In this document: in pieces, positions 44,767 to 53,496 of the stretch
How the letters are laid out: each line of letters starts with the position of its first letter
Position numbering within the stretch: the first letter of the stretch is position 1
Assembly: GCA_041168165.1 (NCBI GenBank)
Contig: JBEELK010000166.1
Span: forward strand, 1-53,496
From: Planctomycetota bacterium
GTDB lineage: Bacteria; Planctomycetota; UBA1135; UBA2386
Length of the DNA stretch: 53,496 bases
Direction of reading: 5' to 3'
Notes under the pieces: generated by a model
The model's input: the letters and a program-made list of their open reading frames with translations, nothing else
The model's database searches: none
What the model was told of the DNA's origin: nothing
Program-made: the position numbers and the translations under genes

Positions 44767-44790
44767 GTAACCGCGTGATTGCGCGGTTGC
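44767..44790. promoter_or_regulatory. imperfect 24-bp palindrome just upstream of sdhC (core AACCGCG-N6-CGCGGTT)
   Basis: GTAACCGCGTGATTGCGCGGTTGC shows 18/24 self-complementary positions by hand. It ends 7 nt before the GTG candidate start of sdhC. Confidence 0.25.
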
Positions 44791-44797
44791 AATCGAG

Positions 44798-45514
44798 GTG
44801 GCCTCGCCCGATCCTCTTCGCCCTCAACTCATGAGCTGGGTCCAAGAATTCTGGCGCTCGTCCATCGGTGGCAAAACCACCATGGCTGTCACGGGCGTTC
44901 TGCTGTTCCTGTTCGTGATCGCGCACCTGCTGGGCAACCTGCAGATCTTCGCCGGTCCGAAAGCGCTGAACGACTACGCGAAGATGCTGCACGATCTGGG
45001 CCCGCTCCTGTGGGTGGCTCGCATCGGTCTGTTGGCCATCTTTGTGCTGCACGTTCTCACGGCGATCCGGCTCTCGCGGGCCAACAAGGCTGCGCGTCCC
45101 GTGCCCTACGCCAAGGAAGCCACGGTGCAGGCATCGCTAGCTTCGCGGTCGATGCTGTTCTCCGGCCTGTCGCTGCTCGCGTTCGTCATCTACCACCTGA
45201 TGCACTTCACCGTCGGCGCGGTGCACAGCGAGGATGTCGCGTTGAAGGGCGCGGACTTCAACGTCTATGCGATGGTCTATGCGAGCTTCTCGCGCATGCC
45301 CGTCGTACTCGCCTACGTGTCCTTCCAGGTTCTGCTGTTCTTGCACCTGAAGCACGGCTTGCACTCGTTCGCGCAGACCCTCGGTTGGCGCCATGCACGC
45401 TTCACTCCGATGATCCAGTCGCTCTCGTTCGTCCTCGCCGCGGCGATCGCCGGTGGCAACATCCTCATCGCGTTGGCCCCGATGCTCGGCCTTGTCCAGA
45501 AGGGGGCAGCATGA
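44798..45514 (+). CDS. sdhC: succinate dehydrogenase/fumarate reductase cytochrome b subunit (b558-type, single large subunit)
   Basis: A five-TM profile with heme-ligand His contexts ([39 protein letters not shown]). The stop overlaps the sdhA ATG (ATGA). The start is uncertain: GTG 44798 or ATG 44831. Confidence 0.85.
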   Translation: MASPDPLRPQLMSWVQEFWRSSIGGKTTMAVTGVLLFLFVIAHLLGNLQIFAGPKALNDYAKMLHDLGPLLWVARIGLLAIFVLHVLTAIRLSRANKAARPVPYAKEATVQASLASRSMLFSGLSLLAFVIYHLMHFTVGAVHSEDVALKGADFNVYAMVYASFSRMPVVLAYVSFQVLLFLHLKHGLHSFAQTLGWRHARFTPMIQSLSFVLAAAIAGGNILIALAPMLGLVQKGAA

Positions 45515-47421
45515 AGCTCGATTCGCGCATTCCTGACGGACCCGTTCAGGACAAGTGGGAGAAGCGGAAGTTCGAACTCAAGCTGGTCAATCCGGCCAAC
45601 AAGCGGAAGTACAAGGTCCTCGTCGTCGGCTCCGGCCTCGCAGGCTCGGCGGCTGCGGCCTCGATGGCGGAACTCGGCTACCAAGTCGAGTGCTTCTGCT
45701 TCCAGGATAGCCCGCGCCGCGCGCACTCGATCGCTGCGCAAGGCGGCATCAACGCAGCCAAGAACTACCGCAACGACGGCGACTCGATCTGGCGGTTGTT
45801 CTACGACACGGTGAAGGGCGGCGACTTCCGCGCGCGCGAAGCCAACGTCTATCGGCTCGCGCAACTGAGCGTGAACATCATCGATCAAGCCGTCGCGCAG
45901 GGCGTGCCGTTCGCGCGCGAATACGGCGGCCTGCTCGACAACCGCAGTTTTGGCGGCGCGCAGGTGAGCCGCACGTTCTACGCACGCGGTCAGACTGGCC
46001 AGCAGTTGCTGCTCGGCGCGTATTCCGCGCTGTCGCGTCAGATCGGACTTGGCACCGTCAAGATGTTCCCGCGCACCGAGATGCTCGACCTCGTCGTCGT
46101 CGACGGGCACGCAAAGGGCATCATCGTCCGCAACCTCGTCACCGGTGCGGTCACCGCACACTACGGCGATGCAGTCGTGCTGTGCACGGGCGGCTACGGC
46201 AACGTGTTCTACCTGAGCACGAACGCGAAGGGCTGCAACGTCACGGCGACGTGGCGCAGCTACAAGCGCGGCGCTGGCTTTGCCAACCCGTGCTACACGC
46301 AGATCCATCCGACCTGCATCCCGGTCAGCGGCGATCACCAGTCGAAGCTGACGTTGATGTCGGAGTCGCTCCGCAACGACGGTCGCGTGTGGGTGTCGAA
46401 GAAGGCCGGTGACAAGCGCAAGGCCTCGGACATCCCGGACAGCGAGCGCGACTACTTCTTGGAGCGCAAGTATCCGAGTTTCGGCAACCTCGCTCCGCGC
46501 GACATCGCGTCGCGCGCCGCGATGCAGGTCTGCGATGAAGGCCGCGGCATTGGCGACACCGGTCTCGGCGTCTATCTCGACTTCCGCGACTCGATCCAGC
46601 GCCTTGGCAAGGACGCGATCGCGTCGCGCTACGGCAACCTGTTCCACATGTATGCGAAGATCACTGCCGAGGATCCGTACTCGCAGCCGATGCGCATCTT
46701 CCCAGCCGTGCACTACACGATGGGCGGCCTGTGGGTGGACTACGACCTGCAGTCGACAATCCCGGGCCTGTTTGTCGCCGGCGAAGCGAACTTCAGCGAC
46801 CACGGCGCCAACCGCCTTGGCGCGTCGGCACTGATGCAGGGTCTGGCAGATGGCTACTTCGTGATCCCGTACACGATTGGCGGCTACCTCGCGGGCCAAA
46901 AGCCTGGCGCGGTGACGACGGATCGTCCTGAGTTCGCGCGCGCGATCGCCGACGTGCAGGACATGACGAAGAAGCTCCTGTCGATCCAAGGCAATCGCAC
47001 GGTCGACAGCTTCCACCGCGCGCTCGGCAAGATCATGTGGAGCAAGTGCGGCATGGCGCGCACCGAGGCGGGCCTCAAGCAAGCGATCGCCGAGATCCAA
47101 GCGCTGCGCGCCGAGTTCTGGCAGAACGTCAAGGTGCTCGGCTCCGACGCGACTCTCAATCAATCGCTGGAGAAGGCGGGCCGCGTCGCGGACTTCCTCG
47201 AGTTCGGCGAGCTGATGTGCCGCGACGCGCTAGAGCGCCGCGAGTCGTGCGGCGGCCACTTCCGCGAGGAATGGCAGGACGACGGCGAAGCCAAGCGCGA
47301 CGACGAGAACTTCCGCCACGCGGCGGTTTGGGAATACGCGGGCAAGGACAAGACACCCGTGCGTCATCAAGAGCAGTTGGAGTTCGAGAACGTGCACCTC
47401 GCGGTGCGCAGCTACAAGTGA
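45511..47421 (+). CDS. sdhA: succinate dehydrogenase/fumarate reductase flavoprotein subunit
   Basis: [28 protein letters not shown] (covalent-FAD His context), [10 protein letters not shown] and [11 protein letters not shown]. 636 aa. Confidence 0.96.
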   Translation: MKLDSRIPDGPVQDKWEKRKFELKLVNPANKRKYKVLVVGSGLAGSAAAASMAELGYQVECFCFQDSPRRAHSIAAQGGINAAKNYRNDGDSIWRLFYDTVKGGDFRAREANVYRLAQLSVNIIDQAVAQGVPFAREYGGLLDNRSFGGAQVSRTFYARGQTGQQLLLGAYSALSRQIGLGTVKMFPRTEMLDLVVVDGHAKGIIVRNLVTGAVTAHYGDAVVLCTGGYGNVFYLSTNAKGCNVTATWRSYKRGAGFANPCYTQIHPTCIPVSGDHQSKLTLMSESLRNDGRVWVSKKAGDKRKASDIPDSERDYFLERKYPSFGNLAPRDIASRAAMQVCDEGRGIGDTGLGVYLDFRDSIQRLGKDAIASRYGNLFHMYAKITAEDPYSQPMRIFPAVHYTMGGLWVDYDLQSTIPGLFVAGEANFSDHGANRLGASALMQGLADGYFVIPYTIGGYLAGQKPGAVTTDRPEFARAIADVQDMTKKLLSIQGNRTVDSFHRALGKIMWSKCGMARTEAGLKQAIAEIQALRAEFWQNVKVLGSDATLNQSLEKAGRVADFLEFGELMCRDALERRESCGGHFREEWQDDGEAKRDDENFRHAAVWEYAGKDKTPVRHQEQLEFENVHLAVRSYK

Positions 47422-47435
47422 GCGAAGGTCGAGCG

Positions 47436-48230
47436 ATGAAGGTCACACTCCACATCTGGCGCCAGAGCAAGAATTCGACGCCGAGCAACTTCGCTCAGGA
47501 CGGCAAGATGGTCCGCTACCAGCTGGATCATGTGTCGCCCGACATGTCGTTCCTCGAGATGCTCGACATCCTCAACGAGCAGTTGATCCAAAAGGGCGAG
47601 GAGCCGGTCGCGTTCGACCACGACTGCCGCGAAGGTATCTGCGGATCGTGTGGCGTCGTCATCGACGGCCTGCCGCACGGCCCGGAGCGCGGCACCACGA
47701 CGTGCCAGCTACACATGCGCAGCTTCAAGGACGGCGCAGAGATCTACATCGAGCCGTGGCGCGCGAAGGCGTTCCCGGTCGTCAAGGATCTCGTCGTCGA
47801 TCGCTCCGCGTTTGATCGCGTCGTGCAGTCGGGCGCGTTCGTCTCGGTCAACACTGGCGCTGCTCAAGACGCGAACGCGATCCCGGTGCCCAAGGATGAC
47901 GCGGACAAGGCGTTTGACGCCGCGACCTGCATCGGCTGCGGCGCTTGCGTCGCGGCGTGCAAGAACGCGTCGGCGATGCTGTTCGTCGGCGCCAAGGTGT
48001 CGCACTTCGCGCATCTGCCGCAGGGCCAAGTGGAGCGCGAACGTCGCGCTCGCAACCTGGTCTCGGCGATGGACAAGGAAGGCTTCGGCAACTGCACCAA
48101 CCAATATGAGTGCGAAGCCGTGTGCCCGAAGGAGATCCCGGTGCGCGTGATCGCCGAGATGAACCGCGAGTTCGTCAAGGCGAAGCTCATCGAAGAGCCT
48201 GCAAAGAAGACGATCGGCGGCCACGGCTGA
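47436..48230 (+). CDS. sdhB: succinate dehydrogenase/fumarate reductase iron-sulfur subunit
   Basis: Cys clusters [21 protein letters not shown] and [12 protein letters not shown] for the 2Fe-2S, 4Fe-4S and 3Fe-4S centres. 264 aa. Confidence 0.95.
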   Translation: MKVTLHIWRQSKNSTPSNFAQDGKMVRYQLDHVSPDMSFLEMLDILNEQLIQKGEEPVAFDHDCREGICGSCGVVIDGLPHGPERGTTTCQLHMRSFKDGAEIYIEPWRAKAFPVVKDLVVDRSAFDRVVQSGAFVSVNTGAAQDANAIPVPKDDADKAFDAATCIGCGACVAACKNASAMLFVGAKVSHFAHLPQGQVERERRARNLVSAMDKEGFGNCTNQYECEAVCPKEIPVRVIAEMNREFVKAKLIEEPAKKTIGGHG

Positions 48231-48328
48231 TTCGCGGCGCCATTGCGGTCGTGGCGTTGTCGCTATGGCCGCATTGCTACATGCCGCGCCGCCCGGATTG
48301 GATTTGCACGGCGGCCGTGCGGCGTTGG

Positions 48329-49543
48329 TCACGCGCTGTGTGGCTCAGCCTTGGTGCGCAATGCCAGCGATACGAGCACGAGGCACATCGCGGCGAGGCT
48401 CGCGCTGGTCCAGTAGACGAGGCCTGGCCAATCGCGTCCGTCGGTGATCGACCAGCCATAGACCGCGCTGCCGAGAATGGGCCCTGCGATGTTTGCAAGG
48501 CTCTGCATGCCTGAGATGCCGCCTTGCACGGCACCTTGCTCCTTGGGGTCGACGCTTTGCGTGATCAGTGCTTGGCATGCGGGCATCGCGATGCCACCGA
48601 GTGACGCGAACGCGACCGTCGAGTAGAGCATCCAGCCTTCCGACGACAGCGCGTAGCCGCAGTAGGCGAGGAATCCGATTGCGACTCCAACCTGCAGCGA
48701 ACGGGCGTTGCCGAGTTTTGGCACGATGCGTCGCGTGAGTCCGCCTTGGACTACGACTGCGCCCATGCCGACCGCGAACAGCGAGTAGCCGACTTCTTCG
48801 GGGCCCCAGCCGTAGCGGCGTTGGCAGTAGAAGAACCACGTCGCATGCAGCGCGAACTGCGCGACGTTGAGCAGGAAGAGCGCCGCCGAGAGTCGAGCGG
48901 CGAGCGGGTAGCGGAACAGCACTCCGATCGTCTTCGTAGGGTGCACGGACAGCGGCGTCTTGTTGCGACGTTCCGGCGGCAGCGACTCCGGCAGCACGAA
49001 CAAGCCGAACGCAGCGTTGCACAGTGCCATCGCGCCGGCAGCCCAGAACGGAAGTCGCACGTCGATCTCGCCGAGGATTCCGCCGAGCAATGGGCCGAGC
49101 ACGAAGCCAAGCCCGAATGCAGCGCCGACGAGGCCATACGCTCCGGCCCGTTTCTCCTTCGGTGTGATGTCCGCGATGTAGGCGTTCGCCGTCGCCATGC
49201 TCGCGCCCGACACGCCGTTGATCGCGCGCGTGACGAAGAGCCAGCCGACCGTTGGCGCGATGGCCATTGCGAAGAAATCGAGGCCGGAGCCGAGCATCGA
49301 CAGCAGCAGCACCGGTCGTCGCCCGTAGCGGTCGCCGAGCGCGCCGAGGATCGGCGCGAAGACGAACAGCATCGCGGCATACGTGGCTCCGAGCGCGCCG
49401 ACCAGCGGGGCAGCATCGGCGTCCGTGCCGCCCTGCAGTTGCTGCACGAGCTTGGCGCCGACCGGAATGATCAAGCCGATGCCGAGCACGTCGAGCAGCA
49501 GAGTGACGAAGATGAAACCCAGGGCCGGTGCGCGCGCGTTCAC
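48329..49543 (-). CDS. MFS transporter, DHA1/TetA-like
   Basis: LGALGDRYGRRPVLLLS (MFS motif A) and GLGFVLGPLLGG, with a 12-TM profile. GTG 49543 or GTG 49552 as start. The longer ORF start would run into the divergent mog gene. Confidence 0.85.
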   Translation of the reverse strand: MNARAPALGFIFVTLLLDVLGIGLIIPVGAKLVQQLQGGTDADAAPLVGALGATYAAMLFVFAPILGALGDRYGRRPVLLLSMLGSGLDFFAMAIAPTVGWLFVTRAINGVSGASMATANAYIADITPKEKRAGAYGLVGAAFGLGFVLGPLLGGILGEIDVRLPFWAAGAMALCNAAFGLFVLPESLPPERRNKTPLSVHPTKTIGVLFRYPLAARLSAALFLLNVAQFALHATWFFYCQRRYGWGPEEVGYSLFAVGMGAVVVQGGLTRRIVPKLGNARSLQVGVAIGFLAYCGYALSSEGWMLYSTVAFASLGGIAMPACQALITQSVDPKEQGAVQGGISGMQSLANIAGPILGSAVYGWSITDGRDWPGLVYWTSASLAAMCLVLVSLALRTKAEPHSA

Positions 49544-49634
49544 GCGACGCACGGTAGCGCACTGGCGTGCCGCGTCGAGCGTGCTGCCGCAGGTTGGTTC
49601 CCGGGGAGCCTCGGCTTTGGTATCACGCTCCCTA

Positions 49635-50168
49635 GTGAACCAACCCCGCATCGGCATCCTCACGATCAGCGACCGCGCGAGCCAAGGCGTCTACGCCGAT
49701 GAGTCGGGGCCCGCGATCGAATCCGCGCTGCGCGACTACCTCGCTACGGAATGTGCCTTCGACAAGCGCATGGTTGCCGACGAGGTGGGCCTCATCGCAT
49801 CCTCGATCCGTTCGCTCGCCGAATCGGGTTGCTGCTTGATCTGCACCACGGGCGGCACCGGCCCGTCGCCGCGCGATGTGACGCCCGAGGCCATCGCGCA
49901 GGTGTGCACGAAGGAGCTGCCGGGCTTCGGCGAGCAGATGCGCGCGGCCTCGCTGCGCGCCGGCGTGCCGACTGCGATCCTGTCGCGGCAGACCGCGGCG
50001 ATCTGCGGTTCGTCGCTCGTCGTCACGTTGCCCGGCAAGCCGGCGTCGATCCGCGTGTGCCTCGACGCTGTGTTCCCGGCGATTCCCTACTGCATCGACC
50101 TGATCGGCGGCCCGAGGCTCGAAGGCAATCCTGCGGTCGTGCAGGTCTTCCGGCCCAAGTCCAAGTGA
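49635..50168 (+). CDS. mog: molybdopterin adenylyltransferase MogA
   Basis: [29 protein letters not shown]...[16 protein letters not shown]...GFGEQMR...PTAILSRQ...LPGKPASI...IPYCIDLI aligns along its whole length with E. coli MogA (from memory). GTG start at 49635. Confidence 0.88.
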   Translation: MNQPRIGILTISDRASQGVYADESGPAIESALRDYLATECAFDKRMVADEVGLIASSIRSLAESGCCLICTTGGTGPSPRDVTPEAIAQVCTKELPGFGEQMRAASLRAGVPTAILSRQTAAICGSSLVVTLPGKPASIRVCLDAVFPAIPYCIDLIGGPRLEGNPAVVQVFRPKSK

Positions 50169-50206
50169 TGGAGCGGCAGGCGGCGCGCGGCTAGAACGGT
50201 TCTGCG

Positions 50207-50677
50207 ATGACGACCCCGATGACCAAGGAACAGTTTCAAGCGTTGCTGCAGCCGTATGCCGAAGCGCTGCGCGCGATCGATGTCGAGGCCAAGGATGCGG
50301 CTTTGCAGTGTGAGCGCGTGCTGCCGTTCACGGGCGCGCAGGTGAAGGCGCTGCGCGACGTCGCGATGGCTGCCATCGCTTCCGATTGGTTGCTGCCCAA
50401 GGAGAACGCGGGCATTCGCTTTGGTCGCGTCGCGAAGGACCTGTGCGGCTTCTCGGTCGACGCGGTCTTGATGGACAAGCCGGGTCCGAAGCATCGCCAC
50501 CCAAACGGCGAGATCGACCTGTGCTTCACGCGCAGCGGCTCGCCGAAGTTCGACGGCAAGCCGGAGGGCTGGGTCGTCTACGGCAAGGGCTCGACGCACG
50601 TGCCGACCGTGCGCGATGGCGAGATGCTGATCCTCTACTTCTTGCCAGCGGGCGCGATCGAGTTCCTCACGGATTGA
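50207..50677 (+). CDS. hypothetical protein, possibly DUF4863 / 4-hydroxylaminobenzoate-lyase-like (unverified)
   Basis: A clean 156-aa ORF with an ATG start and typical composition. KHRHPNGEIDLCF...GWVVYGKGSTHVPTVRDGEMLILYFLPAGAIEF recalls the DUF4863 family from memory. No search was run. Confidence 0.5.
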   Translation: MTTPMTKEQFQALLQPYAEALRAIDVEAKDAALQCERVLPFTGAQVKALRDVAMAAIASDWLLPKENAGIRFGRVAKDLCGFSVDAVLMDKPGPKHRHPNGEIDLCFTRSGSPKFDGKPEGWVVYGKGSTHVPTVRDGEMLILYFLPAGAIEFLTD

Positions 50678-50701
50678 TGTCGCAGCGCGCAGTCACAGTG
50701 C

Positions 50702-51196
50702 TCACTGCGGCTTCTTCAGCATGTCGGTGAGCTGCTGAAGGTAGGGGTGCACTGCGGCAGCTTCGGCGATCCTCAGGACGGCTTCGGAGCGCGCATAGAC
50801 TGCGTCCGCGACGGCCAGCCCTTCTGCGCCTTGCGCCTCCAGGATCTTGCGGATGGCGCTTTGCGGGTGCTCCCAGTCCGGCAGCTTCTTGCGCAGCGCG
50901 AGCATGCGTCCATCGATCGCCATGCGCTTCTGTGCAGCGGTTGCGCTGTCGGTGACGGCATCGAGCAGCTTGCCGAGGTCGCGCACGATGTCGATCGGCT
51001 CCGTGACCGCAGGCGCGCCTGGGACCAACAGCTTTTGCTGCTCCGGCGGAAGGTCCGTCGGCGGGTTGTTCACGGGGACGAACGGCTTCTCGGCCGTTGC
51101 GGGTTCGTGAATAGGGTCCGTGGTCGCCTCACTGCAGGCCGCGAACGGTAGGGCGAGCGAAGCGAAGAGTGCCAGGGTCGGTAGCGAGGTGCGCAT
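50702..51196 (-). CDS. hypothetical lipoprotein (164 aa)
   Basis: MRTSLPTLALFASLALPFAAC is a lipobox signal, followed by a Pro-rich linker and a helical region. The upstream part of the 442-aa ORF overlaps the LysA-like gene out of frame. Confidence 0.55.
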   Translation of the reverse strand: MRTSLPTLALFASLALPFAACSEATTDPIHEPATAEKPFVPVNNPPTDLPPEQQKLLVPGAPAVTEPIDIVRDLGKLLDAVTDSATAAQKRMAIDGRMLALRKKLPDWEHPQSAIRKILEAQGAEGLAVADAVYARSEAVLRIAEAAAVHPYLQQLTDMLKKPQ

Positions 51197-51363
51197 CACG
51201 ATGGAATATGGCACGCGCTCGCTCGAGGTGCGGCGCTGCGTTTGTCGTGACCCATGGCATGGGGCCGTTGTGGTCCCAAGGCGAGACATCGTCCAATCGC
51301 GGAACCAAGCAGCGAAGCGTCGCGCAACCAAACTCGGCGCAGGAAGCGCGCTGCGAGAGCCGG

Positions 51364-52689
51364 CTACCGCAGTTGGCCGCGCAGTGCGTCGTCCGCGGAC
51401 CCGCGTTGGCGGATGACGCGCGCCTTGCCGCCCTCGACAAGCACTTCCGCAGGCGCCGCGTGACTCAAGAAGCCCGTGGGGCTGTAGGTCAGTCCGTAGG
51501 CGCCCGCGTTGAGCAACGCGAGCACATCGCCTTCTTGGATCCGCGGCATCCAGATCGCCTCCGCAAACTGGTCGTGCGGCGTGCACAGCGGTCCGCCGAT
51601 CGACACCAGCTCCGACGACTCGTCGCGCAACGCGCCGGCATGCACGAGAAGAGGCGGTCGACGCAGCACGGATCCTCCGCCGGTTCCGATCGCGCAATGG
51701 TGCATGCCGCCGTCGAGCGCGATCGAAGTGGCCTCGCCGCTTCGCTTCGCACGGGTCACCGTGGACAGGTAGACGCCGCACGGCGCGGTTAGATAACGGC
51801 CGAGTTCCACCATGTGGGTCCGCTGCGCGCGCTGCGGACCGACGAGCAGTTGGCGTAGCCCTGCGGCCGCTTGCGCAAGGTCGAAGGACGGATCGCCGAG
51901 GTAGGTCGCGACGCCAAAACCACCGCCGAGGTCGATCTCGTGCGGCGGCGCTGCGAGTTCCCGCTCCCATTGGTCGGCGAGTGCGCAGAGGTCTTCTGCA
52001 TGCGACAGGAAGTCCGCCGCTGCGAAGCACTGCGTGCCGGAGTAGGCGTGCAAGCCCGTGAGCTCGAGCCGCGGTTCTGCTGCGAGTTCGCGCAGCAACT
52101 CCAACGCGCGCGTCTCGTCGACGCCAAATCGGCTGCCAGTGCCCGCCATGCGCAACCTGCCGCCGTGGCTTCGACGCGTGAGGTTGACGCGCAGCGCCAC
52201 GCGGATCGGCTTGCGCACATCCTTCGCCAGTGAAGCTAGGTCGCGCGCTTCCGACTCGGATTCGACGTGGAACACGCCGAGGCCTTGGCGCAATGCGGAC
52301 TCGAGTTCGACGCGCGACTTGCCTGGGCCTGCGAAGCGAAGGTCTTCTGCTGCATGGCCAGCTGCGCGCGCAACGGCGAGTTCACCCAAGGACGCGATCT
52401 CCGCGCCACATCCCTCGTCGCGCAGGATGCTCGTCAGCGCGACGCTCGGGTTGGCCTTGATCGAATAGAGGATGCGGAGCGACGGGCCGAACGCGGCGCG
52501 GACTTCGCGCGAGCGCATGCGCAACGCGTCGCCGTCGAACGCATACAGCGGGCTCCCGAATGTCTGAATCAGTTCGCTCGTCGGGATGCCGCCGATCGCG
52601 AGCTCGCTGCGCGCGTCATTGCCGAGCGCGGACAGCGCGCGGCGCACCGCAGGGTCATCGTGGGGCGAGGGATGCGCGCTGCGAGTCAC
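51364..52689 (-). CDS. PLP-dependent decarboxylase, Orn/DAP/Arg decarboxylase family 2 (LysA-like)
   Basis: FGSPLYAFD...LYSIKANP (PLP Lys), HVESESE, DLGGGFGV and GGPLCTPHD (where LysA has CESGD). GTG 52689 lies 8 nt after the aroA stop and is preferred. The TTG 52725 ORF start would overlap aroA. Confidence 0.78.
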   Translation of the reverse strand: MTRSAHPSPHDDPAVRRALSALGNDARSELAIGGIPTSELIQTFGSPLYAFDGDALRMRSREVRAAFGPSLRILYSIKANPSVALTSILRDEGCGAEIASLGELAVARAAGHAAEDLRFAGPGKSRVELESALRQGLGVFHVESESEARDLASLAKDVRKPIRVALRVNLTRRSHGGRLRMAGTGSRFGVDETRALELLRELAAEPRLELTGLHAYSGTQCFAAADFLSHAEDLCALADQWERELAAPPHEIDLGGGFGVATYLGDPSFDLAQAAAGLRQLLVGPQRAQRTHMVELGRYLTAPCGVYLSTVTRAKRSGEATSIALDGGMHHCAIGTGGGSVLRRPPLLVHAGALRDESSELVSIGGPLCTPHDQFAEAIWMPRIQEGDVLALLNAGAYGLTYSPTGFLSHAAPAEVLVEGGKARVIRQRGSADDALRGQLR

Positions 52690-52696
52690 GATCGCA

Positions 52697-53496
52697 CTAT
52701 GCCAAGCGGTTTCTTGAGGCGCCAACGATTGCTACACCGTGGCCTGCAAGGAATCGATCCAACTCCTGCCACCATTCGGGGAACGATTTCGTCACGACGT
52801 CGGGGTTCTCGATCGCGATGCCGGGCCGTGCTGCGCCGATCACGGAGAAGGCCATCGCGATGCGATGGTCCTCGTAGGTTTGGATCACGGCTTCTCCCAC
52901 TTGTTGCGCGGGCTCGATGCGCAGCCAATCGGGGCCGCTCTCCGCCTTGGCGCCAAGTCGCTGCGCTTCTCTGCACGTGGCGGCGATGCGGTCGGATTCC
53001 TTGTCGCGCAGATGGCCGATGCCCGTGATCGTGGTCGGTCCTTTGGCAAGCGTCGCGAGCGCGGCGAGCGTCGGCGCGCAGTCGGGCGCGTCGGCGAGGT
53101 CTGCTTCGACGCCGCGCAGCGCAGCTCCTTCGATCGCAATCTCGTCTTCGTGTCGCGCGATGGAGCAGCCCATCCGCAAAAGCGGATCGAGCAGCGCGAG
53201 GTCGGCTTGCACCGAGTCCGCTCGGATGCCGCGGACGATCAGCTTGGACCTTGTCGCGGCTGCCAGTGCGAAGAAGTAGCCAGCACTGCTCGCGTCGGGC
53301 TCGATGTCGAAGCGATCGCAGCGAATGGCGCCCCGCTCGCGGCAGTAGAGCCAAGGCTCTCGTAGCGACCACGCAACCCCGGCTTCTGCCAGCATCCGGC
53401 GCGTGAGTTCCAGGTAGGGCTTGGAGACGGCGTCGCCTTCGATGCGGATCGACGCGGCGCGATCTTCGAACGACAGCATCAGCATCAGCGCACTCG
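52697..53496 (-). CDS. aroA: 3-phosphoshikimate 1-carboxyvinyltransferase (EPSP synthase), N-terminus beyond window edge
   Basis: DASSAGYFFALAA, LRDKESDRIAA, EDHRIAMAFSVIG and VVTKSFPEWW are EPSPS hallmarks. The frame stays open to the window end. Confidence 0.9.
   Translation of the reverse strand, partial: SALMLMLSFEDRAASIRIEGDAVSKPYLELTRRMLAEAGVAWSLREPWLYCRERGAIRCDRFDIEPDASSAGYFFALAAATRSKLIVRGIRADSVQADLALLDPLLRMGCSIARHEDEIAIEGAALRGVEADLADAPDCAPTLAALATLAKGPTTITGIGHLRDKESDRIAATCREAQRLGAKAESGPDWLRIEPAQQVGEAVIQTYEDHRIAMAFSVIGAARPGIAIENPDVVTKSFPEWWQELDRFLAGHGVAIVGASRNRLA

Noticed and set aside
48306-48320. The hairpin GCACGG-CGG-CCGTGC between convergent sdhB and the MFS gene, as a terminator.
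   Set aside because: It is only a 6-bp stem with no U-tract in either orientation. That is too weak to call.
49553-49634. A Moco riboswitch upstream of mog.
   Set aside because: The divergent intergenic region is only about 80 bp, too short for the ~130-nt Moco RNA motif, and I saw no matching stems.

Overview
A 53.5-kb, GC-rich bacterial chromosomal segment, densely coding on both strands. I call about 45 protein genes and one tRNA-Pro(CGG). The gene content suggests a Planctomycetota/PVC-type genome: a PSCyt1 (planctomycete cytochrome c) domain, a DUF1501 + DUF1549/DUF1553 pair, a PVC-type heme-binding dehydrogenase, a TAT-signal Gfo/Idh/MocA oxidoreductase and a type III glutamine synthetase. 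This lineage call is inference only.

Most genes are housekeeping:
- Translation, replication and regulation: rplC, mnmE, nrdR, smc, efp, rpoN.
- Metabolism: cystathionine beta-synthase, glnN, sdhCAB, mog, a LysA-like decarboxylase, aroA.
- Transport and cofactors: mgtE, larC.

I saw no CRISPR array, transposase, integrase, phage gene or recognisable defence system.

The most unusual locus is a minus-strand phosphate-transport operon, pstS / PhoU-fusion / pstC / pstA / pstB2 / pstB1 (29.07-34.43 kb):
- The two tandem PstB ATPases carry complementary motif degeneracy, which predicts an obligate heterodimer with one consensus and one degenerate ATP site.
- PhoU is fused to an LMW-PTP/ArsC-like domain that lacks the catalytic Cys and Arg.
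- The operon looks lower in G+C than its flanks.

Other points worth a second look:
- An EF-P whose loop tip reads PGNWR, with no Lys/Arg at the canonical modified position.
- nrdR followed by an overlapping stand-alone ATP-cone ORF and then smc.
- A 542-aa orphan protein with a 160-aa block-charged disordered N-terminus.
- A PSCyt1-LRR / DUF1501 / DUF1549-1553 module.
- An S1B-type secreted protease with two Cys-rich repeats and an unassigned C-terminal domain.
- A translationally coupled MFS-acyltransferase pair.
- A DprE2/DprE1-like pair.
- A stand-alone rplC with an insertion, followed by an unlisted 55-aa basic ORF.
- A 15-bp tandem repeat after the tRNA.
- Candidate sigma-70, sigma-54 and NrdR-box sites.

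Many long ORFs in the supplied track are antisense or out-of-frame shadows of real genes, as expected in GC-rich DNA, and were rejected. All product calls rest on motif recognition by eye. No database search was run.
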